Source of the DNA: an uncultured delta proteobacterium
GTDB taxonomy: Bacteria; Desulfobacterota; Desulfomonilia; UBA1062
Direction: 5' to 3'
Assembly: GCA_963798485.1 (NCBI GenBank)
Contig: CAWCTR010000030.1
Location: 64,001 to 128,000 of the forward strand
Length of the DNA: 64,000 bases
Position numbers and translations under genes: made by a program. Below the pieces are notes generated by a model. It ran no database searches, was not told the DNA's origin, and saw nothing but the letters and a program-made list of their open reading frames with translations. Shown here piece after piece: positions 52,300 through 61,170 of this stretch; positions within the stretch are counted from its first letter, which is position 1; each line of letters begins with the position of its first letter.

Positions 52300-52893
52300 C
52301 TATCGTTTGATTGCAAGTCCGAAGATCTCCAGCTTTTTGATCTCTACACATTTTCCAAGCTCCAGTCCGGCCATACACAAGCCTTGCTTCAAGTCCCGGC
52401 TGCAGAACCGGTTCTCGGTCGGATGGAGGAGGATATGCCTGGTGAGGATGTTCTGGTAAAGCGTCGGGTAGAGCTCTTCGAAGAAGTAGACACCGCCGGG
52501 CTTCAAAACCCTGACGATCTCTGAAAGTGCACCTTGCCAGTCAGGGATATGATGGAGGACCCCGAAGCCGAAAACTGCATCCATAATCCCGGCTTGATAG
52601 GGCAGTTGGTTCACATCGCCTACATAAAAGGAGACACCGGATCTCTTCTCTGGGGAAAGGTAGTTGAAGGCCTTCTGAATCATCCGGATATCGAGGTCCA
52701 TGGCATGCAGCATTGCGGGCTTGAACATGGTCTTGATAAGAAAGGAGCCTGCCCCCCTGCCGCATCCTATTTCCAGGACAGCAGCATCGGGCTTCTGCCC
52801 AAGGCCCTTTTTCAGCAATGCGATCTCCAGGCGCTGCTGCAGAGGCCGGATAGGGTTATTGACCGCCATGCGTTCCGCCCAGTTCAGTTTCAT
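52300..52893 (-). CDS. Class I SAM methyltransferase
   Basis: VLEIGCGRG, GVLHHIPDW, RVLKPGG. Confidence 0.85.
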   Translation of the reverse strand: MKLNWAERMAVNNPIRPLQQRLEIALLKKGLGQKPDAAVLEIGCGRGAGSFLIKTMFKPAMLHAMDLDIRMIQKAFNYLSPEKRSGVSFYVGDVNQLPYQAGIMDAVFGFGVLHHIPDWQGALSEIVRVLKPGGVYFFEELYPTLYQNILTRHILLHPTENRFCSRDLKQGLCMAGLELGKCVEIKKLEIFGLAIKR

Positions 52894-53636
52894 TGTTTGA
52901 CCCCGATATAGATAACCGCAATACCATTCGTGAGCCTTCGGTAGGTCACCCGGGAAAATCCGGTATCTCTCATTTTGGCTGCGAAATCATCAGGTGCAGG
53001 GAACTTTCGTATGGACTCGGGAAGATAGAGATATGCCTCGCTGTTTCCTGCCAGGAGTTTGCCTACCAAGGGCATGATGTGAAAAGAATAGAAATCATAG
53101 AGAAACCTGAACCAGGAAGAGGTGGGTATGGAGAACTCCAGGCACATCATCTTCCCACCCGGCTTGAGGACCCGGTACATCTCTTGAAGTCCTTTGTCCA
53201 TGTCTGTCAGGTTACGAACACCAAAGCCAACCATGGCTGCATCAAAAGAACCGTCAAGGAAAGACATGGACTCCGCATCCCCCTGGACATAGTTGATTCG
53301 TTCTGTCAGCGATGCCTTTGCCACCTTTTGCGTTGCCCATTCCATCATGGCGCGGTTGATGTCATAGAGGGTCACCCGTCCATGAGGACCAACCGCCTTT
53401 GCCGCCAGTATTGAAAGATCTCCTGTCCCCCCGCATACGTCGATTACCCGGTCTCCTGGTTTTAACCCCAAGACATTTACGGATAACCGTTTCCAGAGGT
53501 GGTGGAGTCCGAGACTGAGGATGGTATTCATGAAATCATACTTATTGGCTATGCTCGTGAAGTGTCTGAGGACATATCCGGCCTTGTCCTCACGGGGAAC
53601 CGCGGGTGAACCGGAATAGGCCTTCATTTTCTTCAT
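52890..53636 (-). CDS. ubiE: UbiE/MenG-family C-methyltransferase
   Basis: IANKYDFMN..SLGLHHLWK, DVCGGTGD, GFGVRN, YLYLPESIRKFP. Confidence 0.9.
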   Translation of the reverse strand: MKKMKAYSGSPAVPREDKAGYVLRHFTSIANKYDFMNTILSLGLHHLWKRLSVNVLGLKPGDRVIDVCGGTGDLSILAAKAVGPHGRVTLYDINRAMMEWATQKVAKASLTERINYVQGDAESMSFLDGSFDAAMVGFGVRNLTDMDKGLQEMYRVLKPGGKMMCLEFSIPTSSWFRFLYDFYSFHIMPLVGKLLAGNSEAYLYLPESIRKFPAPDDFAAKMRDTGFSRVTYRRLTNGIAVIYIGVKQ

Positions 53637-54523
53637 ATCTGATACCCGTCTCCCAGCATGGCCAAAAGGTCAAACCCAGCCTCTTGAAAGATGGGGAGGA
53701 GAAAGCTCAGGCTCTCTTGGCCGGCATGCACGGGCATGTTCGCATAGGTATAGAGTTCCAGGCTGATATCATCTTTATAGCCGCTTTTCAGGATGACATC
53801 GAGTACGTTGTGAAAACCAATGGCACCGAGGCCCGGGATAAGGTGGTAATGGCGGCGGTCATGGGCGATATCTTCAATATGGATATGCCCGATCCAGGGC
53901 AGAAGCTCTTGGAAGGCCTCGCATGGGTCTTCCCCTGCGCAGAAGAAATGCCCGATGTCGAAATTGAGCCCGAGAGAGGTTGATTGGGCTTCCTGAATGA
54001 ATTCCTTGAACTGCCGGGTATTTTCCAAAAGCAGGTCAGGCTCCGGTTCCACAAGGATCTTTACCTGAAGCTGTTCTGCCAAGGGCAAAACCTTTTCCAT
54101 ACTGTCATGGAAAAGGGCCAAGGCAACCTTACGGGACATGCCATTCAAAGGGCCTCCGGGGGGGACGGAGATATTGTCACACCCGAGATAAGACGCCAGC
54201 TTCAGGCATTCGAGGGTGTGTCGGATCCTGATCTCCCTACTCTCTTTCATGGGTTCTATCCAGGAGGGAAGGTAGGTATCACCCACTGCGAACAGGGTGA
54301 AGCTGTTCAGGTTGGTAATCCGAAGGCCCTTTTCATCAACCAGCTTTTTAAGCCGGATCAGGCCTTCCGGCCCCCAGTCCCGGGGGTAGAGGTGGGGGCG
54401 GTCTGCCATGACTTCAACCCCGCCGAAACCCAGCCCGGCGATCATGTCAATGGCATCGAACAATGGGTAATTAACAAAGGCGTTGGTGCTGTATCCGAGC
54501 TTCAATCGATTATCTCCCGGCAA
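53633..54523 (-). CDS. Sugar phosphate isomerase/epimerase-type metal TIM barrel
   Basis: LGYSTNAF, VEPEP, NFDIGH, HIHIED, HLIPGLG, SLELY. Confidence 0.85.
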   Translation of the reverse strand: MPGDNRLKLGYSTNAFVNYPLFDAIDMIAGLGFGGVEVMADRPHLYPRDWGPEGLIRLKKLVDEKGLRITNLNSFTLFAVGDTYLPSWIEPMKESREIRIRHTLECLKLASYLGCDNISVPPGGPLNGMSRKVALALFHDSMEKVLPLAEQLQVKILVEPEPDLLLENTRQFKEFIQEAQSTSLGLNFDIGHFFCAGEDPCEAFQELLPWIGHIHIEDIAHDRRHYHLIPGLGAIGFHNVLDVILKSGYKDDISLELYTYANMPVHAGQESLSFLLPIFQEAGFDLLAMLGDGYQI

Positions 54524-55647
54524 TCATTTTCCAGGTGATGGAGAGCAGAGAGTTGTTCCTGAAAGGTGACCGGGGGATTGGGGCCTGCGGGTTTCTTAAA
54601 ATAGAATCCCAGCTCCGGCACCAGACCAGGCCGTTTGGCCTTATGCACGGCAACCATCCACCATGCCAGGTCAATGATCATGGGCCCTGCCAATATAGAG
54701 TCACGGGCCTGCAGATTCAACCTGAGGCTCATGGGCATTCCGAACAGCCCGGTAAAGTCAATGACATCCCAGGCCTCTTTACAATCCCCACGGGGGGGAT
54801 AATAATCGATGACCACCTTATGGGAGGGCGCCCCATAGTGATGACCAACCCGGTATCCAAGAATATCTTCGAGCAGGTCGGTTTTATTGGCGATCTTGCC
54901 TGCCGCCTTATCGGGATCGGCAAGGTTCCTGCCGTCTTCATTACCAAGGATATTCAAACTGTACCATCCATCCACCTGCAGGCCGCGCGCCTTCAGCGCT
55001 GAGGCGAGCACCATCTTAAGATAGGTCTGGCCGGTCTTCCCGTCGCGGCCGCACAAGGGGACCCCGGCCTTTATTGCCTCCTGGGCGATCATTGGCAGCT
55101 CCAGGTAATTTGATGTGAAGTTCACGATTGGCGTGCCTGTAGATATGGCAGCAAGGACATAGGCCAGGTCAGGGAAGTCCCGGGCATCGGCCTGTGAATA
55201 GATTTCATCCAGTGATTGGAATTCCTGAAGGTCCATTACTCTGCTTGCCGGAAGCAGATTGACAAGGACAGGATGGGTATCCGGGAAGAGGCCTTTAAAA
55301 TCATGGATATCCCTTATTAAGTGCTCTACCTGTTTATGAAGAGGTAAATCATTGCCTGGTGCCTGCCGTATCGGGAATGTGCCGAGATGTTCCAGGCAGG
55401 GGAGATATTTCTCAGGGGGGAGAACACCATGGTATTCGATGGCCTGCTTAAGGGTTCGAGGGGCTACATCCCACCCGGCAAGCTCGAGGCCCGTCAGAGG
55501 GTCCAGGTCCTTGAACCAGTGGCCCGTGGTCAGCCAGGGCAGCACCTTTTCAGGGGCTTCCTTCATTACTGCAATGGCGGCGGCAACGGTAGAACCTGTC
55601 GCACCTGCGGCACCGGCAATAAGGAGAAGAGGCGGGTTCGAGTGCAA
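54502..55647 (-). CDS. myo-inositol-1-phosphate synthase family protein
   Basis: GAAGATG Rossmann, AGWDV, GRDGKTGQT, NILGNEDG, RGDCKEAW, RDSILAGP, FYFKKP. Confidence 0.88.
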   Translation of the reverse strand: MHSNPPLLLIAGAAGATGSTVAAAIAVMKEAPEKVLPWLTTGHWFKDLDPLTGLELAGWDVAPRTLKQAIEYHGVLPPEKYLPCLEHLGTFPIRQAPGNDLPLHKQVEHLIRDIHDFKGLFPDTHPVLVNLLPASRVMDLQEFQSLDEIYSQADARDFPDLAYVLAAISTGTPIVNFTSNYLELPMIAQEAIKAGVPLCGRDGKTGQTYLKMVLASALKARGLQVDGWYSLNILGNEDGRNLADPDKAAGKIANKTDLLEDILGYRVGHHYGAPSHKVVIDYYPPRGDCKEAWDVIDFTGLFGMPMSLRLNLQARDSILAGPMIIDLAWWMVAVHKAKRPGLVPELGFYFKKPAGPNPPVTFQEQLSALHHLENDCREIID

Positions 55648-55648
55648 G

Positions 55649-56629
55649 CTAGACCTTTCCCCGCATTATCCAGTAAACCATGCCGGTGTAGAACAAGATA
55701 ACGGGGAAGATCACGATCCCTGCCCCATAGAAGAGGAATCGAAGCGTCTGGACAGGGGCCGCTGCCGTTTCAATTGTAACGGTAAATGGAATCATATATG
55801 GCCAGAAGCCTGCCTCCAAGGCCAGGAATGCGGCAAAGAAGATAATAACCGCCATCCCGTAGGGGACCCAGTCCAGCCGTCTTTGTACCCCTGTCCACAG
55901 GCTGATGGAGGCAAGGGCTATAATCAGCGGGAATATCATAAGCCAGACATCTTCAAAAAAGCGGTCCCTGACACGCAGGTGGATTGCAAGGGTGTAGAGA
56001 AAGACGACGGCAAGAACCCCCAGGACCCCTGCGAGCAGCCACCCCACCCGGTCATAGGCCCATTCGCGTATGGGTCCCCCCGTCTTGAAGACAAGCCAGG
56101 CAGCACCCAGGAGCGTATAACCTATTACCAGACCCATGCCGCAGAACAAAGAAAACGGTGTCAGCCAGTCGAATGCGCCCCCTGCGTATTGTCCGTCAAC
56201 AACACTAAGCCCCTGGACCATCCTTCCGATGGCTATCCCTTGAACAAGGCTTACCATGAAGGAGCCGAGGAAGAATCCTCTGTACCAGAACCGTCTGTAG
56301 CGCCCTGCATGATAACGGAACTCAAATGCGACACCTCGGAATATCAACCCCATAAGCATGAGGGCCATGGGCAGGTAGAAGGCGGGGAGAAAGATTGCAT
56401 AGACCATGGGAAAGGCTGCAAAGAGGCCGGCCCCGATGAGGACGAGCCAGACTTCGTTCCCGTCCCAGAATGGGGCGATAGCGTTCATCATGGTATCCTT
56501 GAATCCCTCGTCCCTTGTGGTACCGGACAGGATGCCTACACCGAGGTCATAGCCGTCAAGGATGACATAAAAGAGCATGGCAAAGGCAATCAGAGAAGCC
56601 CAGAAGACAGGGAGCCAGGATGCACCCAT
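55649..56629 (-). CDS. cydB: Cytochrome bd quinol oxidase subunit II
   Basis: YVILDGYDLG, PFWDGNEVWLV, RGVAFEFR. Confidence 0.95.
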   Translation of the reverse strand: MGASWLPVFWASLIAFAMLFYVILDGYDLGVGILSGTTRDEGFKDTMMNAIAPFWDGNEVWLVLIGAGLFAAFPMVYAIFLPAFYLPMALMLMGLIFRGVAFEFRYHAGRYRRFWYRGFFLGSFMVSLVQGIAIGRMVQGLSVVDGQYAGGAFDWLTPFSLFCGMGLVIGYTLLGAAWLVFKTGGPIREWAYDRVGWLLAGVLGVLAVVFLYTLAIHLRVRDRFFEDVWLMIFPLIIALASISLWTGVQRRLDWVPYGMAVIIFFAAFLALEAGFWPYMIPFTVTIETAAAPVQTLRFLFYGAGIVIFPVILFYTGMVYWIMRGKV

Positions 56630-56634
56630 AAGTG

Positions 56635-58008
56635 TTACCCCTTTGCCTGAGTAGTAGTACCGGCTGTTCTTGCTTCAGCCGTAATCTTGGTTTCAGCATC
56701 AGACGGGCCTTGGCGAAGCAGGGCGTAGATATAGAAAGCGCCCGGGAAAAAGATCACGGAGTATACAATCGCATAGCCGATAAGGGTTGTGAGAACATTT
56801 GCCCCGCTCAGTGTCGGGGTCAGCGTGTCGGATGTCCTCAGAAGGCCGTATACCACCCAGGGCTGGCGGCCTATCTCTGTGGTGAACCAGCCGAGGATAA
56901 CGGCAAGGAAGCCTAGGGGGAAGGCAAGGCTCGCTGACCAGAGGTACCATCGTGTGGTCTCCAGCCGCCCGCGCAAACGAAGCCATAGACCGAACAGGCT
57001 GATGCCCAGCATCAGCATGCCGAGACCTACCATGATGCGGAAAGAAAAGAAGGGGATGAGGACAGGCGGCCAGGCATCTTTGGGGAAATCACTCAGACCG
57101 TGAACAGGTGCCGTCCAGCTGCCTGTTGCAAGCCAGCTCCCGATGTAAGGTGTCGTGATGGTGAAGAGGTTTCTCTGATTCTTTTCATCAGGGATTGCGA
57201 ACCATATCTGTGATCCCGGCTGTTCAGGGTGCCAGCGCGCCTCTACGGCAGCGAATTTTGCCGGCTGATAAGTATACATGTGTTTGCCGTTGATATCTCC
57301 TATAATGATCTGGACGATCATCAGCACCGCCGTGATCACCAGTCCCCAGTTCAGCATGACACGCGCCTCGGCGCGATGAACATCCCTGAGCACATACCAA
57401 GCCCCTGTGGATATAATGCACATGGCGGTGGTAAGGAATGTGGCCAGCAGCATGTGCAACCAGCGGGCCAGGAACACCGGCCCGAGGACGATCGCCGTCC
57501 AGTCGGTGGGGATGATCCTGCCGGCAATGATTTTATAACCCACCGGCACCTGCATCCAGCTGTTGTTGCACAGGATCCAGAAGGAAGACAAGACTGCGCC
57601 CATGGCCAGCATGCAGCATGAAAAGAAATAGAACCACGGTGCTGCTCGGTTGCGGCCGTAGAGTACGACACCCAGGAAGGTCGCCTCAAGCATGAATGCC
57701 GTGAAGGTCTCATACCCAAGCAAGGGTCCCATGACGGAACCCGCCTTTGACGACATCACGCTCCAGTTGGTGCCGAACTGGAATGCCATGACCATGCCGC
57801 TGACAACACCCATGGCGAACAGTATCGCAAAGATCTTCAACCAGAAATCAAAGAGCCTTTGGTAGAGAGAATTGCCGCTTGATAGATGCAGCCCTTCAAG
57901 CAGCGCCAGCCATATGGATAATCCGATGGTTATGGAAGGAAAGATTATATGAAAGGAGACAGTGAACGCGAATTGGATGCGGGAGAAGATCAACGGATCT
58001 AGATTCAC
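56635..58008 (-). CDS. cydA: Cytochrome bd quinol oxidase subunit I (short Q-loop)
   Basis: SFHIIF, FQFGTNW, WLHMLL, QPAKFAAVE, FRIMVG, TEIGRQPW. Confidence 0.96.
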   Translation of the reverse strand: MNLDPLIFSRIQFAFTVSFHIIFPSITIGLSIWLALLEGLHLSSGNSLYQRLFDFWLKIFAILFAMGVVSGMVMAFQFGTNWSVMSSKAGSVMGPLLGYETFTAFMLEATFLGVVLYGRNRAAPWFYFFSCCMLAMGAVLSSFWILCNNSWMQVPVGYKIIAGRIIPTDWTAIVLGPVFLARWLHMLLATFLTTAMCIISTGAWYVLRDVHRAEARVMLNWGLVITAVLMIVQIIIGDINGKHMYTYQPAKFAAVEARWHPEQPGSQIWFAIPDEKNQRNLFTITTPYIGSWLATGSWTAPVHGLSDFPKDAWPPVLIPFFSFRIMVGLGMLMLGISLFGLWLRLRGRLETTRWYLWSASLAFPLGFLAVILGWFTTEIGRQPWVVYGLLRTSDTLTPTLSGANVLTTLIGYAIVYSVIFFPGAFYIYALLRQGPSDAETKITAEARTAGTTTQAKG

Positions 58009-58114
58009 GATTCATGCCTCCATCCATCTCGTTAAAATCATACCTACTTTAAGTTATATATACGTTAAGGGAACAGGATTGAAAGTCAAGAAGAAAGAAC
58101 CCGGAAAGTGTTTT

Positions 58115-59506
58115 TCAGTCTTTGACGGAATCCAGCTTCACGCCCAAGTCATAGTATGCCGACATGCGGGACTGAAAGCTGTTTTTGAGCATGCCGTTCG
58201 TATCGAGATAATCGAAGATCAGGGCATCCTCCTTGCCTTCGGTCACGCGCAGGATGCGGCCGATGTACTGCTTGACCCTGCCGGTGAATTTGACAGGTGT
58301 GGCCAGGAAGATAGAGGAGAGCTGCTTGAGGTCGAATCCCTCACCTATGAGCTGGGCCGTTGCCACCAGGACCTTGGCCTGGTTGCAGTTGAGATCCTCA
58401 ACAATCCGGGCACGTTCCTTGACCTGCACCGAACCGGTGAGCAGGCATGCCTTTATACCGCGGTCGGTGATGGCCGTGAAGAGCTCTTTGCAGTGGGAGA
58501 CGCGGTCCGAGATGACAAGTGCAATTCCGCTTTCCGGGGTACAGGCCCGGGCCACTACGTCTTCCACGATGAACTTGTTCCTTTTCGCATCGTTCACCAG
58601 GGCCGAGATCATGTACTGGTATTCGTCCGCATCGAAGAAGTATGCACAATTGGTGTGGCGGATAATGAGCTTGGCCCTCATGATCTTGTCAAGGGCCTGG
58701 AGCTCATGGGAATTGATCTGGTGTACCCGGTCGCCCAGGTAGAAGTAGATGATCCTGGTGAGCTTGTCCCTTCGGTAGGGCGTGGCCGAAAGCCCCAGCA
58801 TGAAGGTGCTGTCGAATACGCTCACCGCTTCGGTAAAGGTGCGTGACGGTGTGTGGTGGCACTCATCCACCACAAGGTGACCGATTGCCGGCTTGACATC
58901 ATCGATCACCTTATAGAGCGAGTTGATAATGGCAATGGTGAGCTTGTCGCCGAGGCGGTTGTGCCCATCGCCGATAAGGCCGATGGAGTCTGAGGGGATA
59001 TCAAGAAATTCGCATGAGCGCTTGTGCCACTGGTACATGAGCTCCTTGGTGTGTACGATCACCAGGGCTCTCTGACGGCGCTGGGCAATAACGGCAAGGG
59101 CCATAACCGTCTTGCCTGCACCGGGTGGCGCCTCCAAAACCCCGAACCTCCTGCCCATGACATCTCTTACCGCTGAGACTTGGTAGGGGTGTAGCGCTAT
59201 TTTGAATGAAAAAGAAACTGGGGGCAATAAGCGGGTCTTGTCCACGATGGTATAGGCGACTTCCTTCAGCCTAAAGCGGAGCGTGTGGATGTAACCCCTG
59301 GGCATGATGAGCACACCGCTCTTTCTTTTGTAAAACCTGATGAATTCGGGTTGGAAGTTCCTCCTGCGGCTGCGGCTGTAGGTTTCCACCTGCTCCCACT
59401 TGGGATTGGGCAGGGTCAGATCGGCCTCTATGATCTGCACGGCCTGCTCGGGCAGGTCTGCCTCAAAGATTCTGATGGCATTATCCACATGGATCAAGAC
59501 ATTCAT
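58115..59506 (-). CDS. SF2 DEAD/DEAH-box (ResIII/XPB-like) helicase
   Basis: YQ, APPGAGKT, DECHH, SATP, EGFD, QYIGRILR. Confidence 0.9.
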   Translation of the reverse strand: MNVLIHVDNAIRIFEADLPEQAVQIIEADLTLPNPKWEQVETYSRSRRRNFQPEFIRFYKRKSGVLIMPRGYIHTLRFRLKEVAYTIVDKTRLLPPVSFSFKIALHPYQVSAVRDVMGRRFGVLEAPPGAGKTVMALAVIAQRRQRALVIVHTKELMYQWHKRSCEFLDIPSDSIGLIGDGHNRLGDKLTIAIINSLYKVIDDVKPAIGHLVVDECHHTPSRTFTEAVSVFDSTFMLGLSATPYRRDKLTRIIYFYLGDRVHQINSHELQALDKIMRAKLIIRHTNCAYFFDADEYQYMISALVNDAKRNKFIVEDVVARACTPESGIALVISDRVSHCKELFTAITDRGIKACLLTGSVQVKERARIVEDLNCNQAKVLVATAQLIGEGFDLKQLSSIFLATPVKFTGRVKQYIGRILRVTEGKEDALIFDYLDTNGMLKNSFQSRMSAYYDLGVKLDSVKD

Positions 59507-59516
59507 TTACCGGGCC

Positions 59517-60092
59517 TCATTCCAGGGCTTGTTTCAATTCATCGAGGAAATGCCTGGCCTCATCCCTGTCTAAAGAGATTTTAACCGTGCCCCCGCCTGG
59601 ATGGGCGAACTTGAGTGCGATACCTTCGTCCTCTTTATCAATCTTCCAGCGTGTATTTCCGGGCATTCCGACCGATGGCGCAAGCCAGTCGTCAGCTTGG
59701 AATTCAGCGATCTGGATAAGAACGCCAAAGGCATATCTCGGGTGGATGAAGAGTTCTTTCCATACAGAACCATAGTCATTGAATCCGAAGAAGGGGATAT
59801 TGTTTTTCGCAAGGGCCTCTTTTACCGTCTGGATGCTCTGCGTCTGCAGGGTTATGTGGTGTACTCCACCGGGTTTATCCTTCAGAAAGTTGTCCAGGAA
59901 ACTGCCACTGGCGGTAGGGGTGATAAGTTCGAGCCTGCTGAGGTCTCCCAGGGACAGGTTTTCCCAGTAGTACTTCATGTCAGGGTCCTTGCCGGATGAT
60001 CCGGTAACGGCCCCGAGGACCTCGGAAAAGAAGCTTAAAGCCTTGTCGTAATCCTTTACCGCAATGGCCACGTGATCAACACGAGATATCAT
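59517..60092 (-). CDS. VOC-family methylmalonyl-CoA epimerase-like protein with C-terminal extension
   Basis: DHVAIAV, LELITP, GGVHHI, FIHP..FGVLIQIAE. Confidence 0.75.
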   Translation of the reverse strand: MISRVDHVAIAVKDYDKALSFFSEVLGAVTGSSGKDPDMKYYWENLSLGDLSRLELITPTASGSFLDNFLKDKPGGVHHITLQTQSIQTVKEALAKNNIPFFGFNDYGSVWKELFIHPRYAFGVLIQIAEFQADDWLAPSVGMPGNTRWKIDKEDEGIALKFAHPGGGTVKISLDRDEARHFLDELKQALE

Positions 60093-60197
60093 GACATCCC
60101 CCCAAGAAAGATACTTTCGCTCGAGCCTAAGCGAAGCAGGGCTGCGGCGTCAAATGAAATTCATTTGGGTGGGAAGAAACAGGCCGGGGGAAACACT

Positions 60198-60228
60198 AAA
60201 AAGGGAGGCCTCGAAAGAGGCCCCCCTT
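60198..60228 (-). terminator. Rho-independent terminator of the small membrane protein operon
   Basis: AAGGGAGGCCTC-GAAA-GAGGCCCCCCTT with U-tract on the minus strand. Confidence 0.7.
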
Positions 60229-60267
60229 GGAGATCTACGTAAAAGCTCCTTGTAGGGGAAAGAGGTA

Positions 60268-60375
60268 CTACTTCACGCGGGATGTTTCAGGCTGCTTCAC
60301 GGTCACTTTGGCTGCAAAGCGGGCTGCTATGGCAATGAAAGAAACAGCGCCGATACCAATGAATATGAATGTCAT
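60268..60375 (-). CDS. 35-aa single-TM small protein (not in ORF track)
   Basis: MTFIFIGIGAVSFIAIAARFAAKVTVKQPETSRVK; ATGA overlap with upstream gene, AAGGAG RBS, followed by terminator. Confidence 0.6.
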   Translation of the reverse strand: MTFIFIGIGAVSFIAIAARFAAKVTVKQPETSRVK

Positions 60376-60611
60376 GATTCTTTTCTCCTTTCCACCAATA
60401 CCTCTTCGACAAAACCTTTAAACCCTAATACTATACCAATTATGAGCCCGAGCATCGTAAAATTTGGCGCCATGTGGGTGATCTGGTCCACATACATACC
60501 GGCATACAGGCCGAGGAATGTCATAATGACCAGCACGAAGCTGAGTGCGCTGATCCGGACGATTCTGCTTGTCAGCTTCCTCGATAACCTGTCTCTTACG
60601 AGCCGTTTCAC
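60372..60611 (-). CDS. AtpZ/AtpI-like (ATPase gene 1) small membrane protein
   Basis: Two TM, GLYAGMYVD..P.FTMLGLIIGI; AAGGAG RBS; GTG start. Confidence 0.7.
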   Translation of the reverse strand: MKRLVRDRLSRKLTSRIVRISALSFVLVIMTFLGLYAGMYVDQITHMAPNFTMLGLIIGIVLGFKGFVEEVLVERRKES

Positions 60612-60637
60612 GACATTTTCTCCTTCTTAAGCCTTTC

Positions 60638-60814
60638 CTAGAAGAGCTGGGCGATCATCTGTCTTACCGGACCGGAATTGACGCCCACGAGAGCAACGAT
60701 GAGCACGAATATGGCAGTTGCTTCCACCGGGGTAAGCCCTAATACGCGATAGGTGAACCTGATGCCGGTGCCGGTCATGAACATGCAACCAATTACGATC
60801 CAGAGTGTTATCAT
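60638..60814 (-). CDS. Small two-TM membrane protein
   Basis: MITLWIVIGCMFMTGTGIRFTYRVLGLTPVEATAIFVLIV...; AAGGAG RBS. Confidence 0.7.
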   Translation of the reverse strand: MITLWIVIGCMFMTGTGIRFTYRVLGLTPVEATAIFVLIVALVGVNSGPVRQMIAQLF

Positions 60815-60852
60815 TTCCATTCTCCTTTTTTGTTTCTCTGATGAATGAGAAG

Positions 60853-60985
60853 GCAATGTTCATGCCAGGGGATTCGAATTTATAACTAATTGAAATATGA
60901 AAGGTAATGCACTAGCTATGAAAGGGCTAAATGTCAGATTGACAAGCAGGCGTGTTTGCATATCAATTTTTGTGACAATTTGACA
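60853..60985 (-). promoter_or_regulatory. Sigma-54 promoter with two upstream activator-like sites
   Basis: TGGCATGAACATTGC (60867-60853); TGTCAGATTGACA 60932-60944 and TGACAATTTGACA 60973-60985. Confidence 0.7.
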
Positions 60986-61170
60986 AAAAGATTGAAAACC
61001 CTCTTGCCGGAATGACAATGTGGCAATGGACTTCAACAGCTGCACTATTTATTATGAAATAAAGATTATTCCCCGGATATCCGTTAAGAGATAATATTAA
61101 GCAAAGCAGGCAGGATCTTTCTAACAGGATCTTTCTAAATAGTTGCAAAAGTAAACATGGGGAGCAGCAT

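Noticed and set aside
55352-56650. 432-aa plus-strand ORF (and similar long antisense ORFs at 23690-24784, 57962-58846, 18278-19090)
   Set aside because: Shadows of well-supported genes on the opposite strand
58115-59506. Helicase as part of a restriction or antiphage system
   Set aside because: No nuclease, methylase or other defence gene is adjacent
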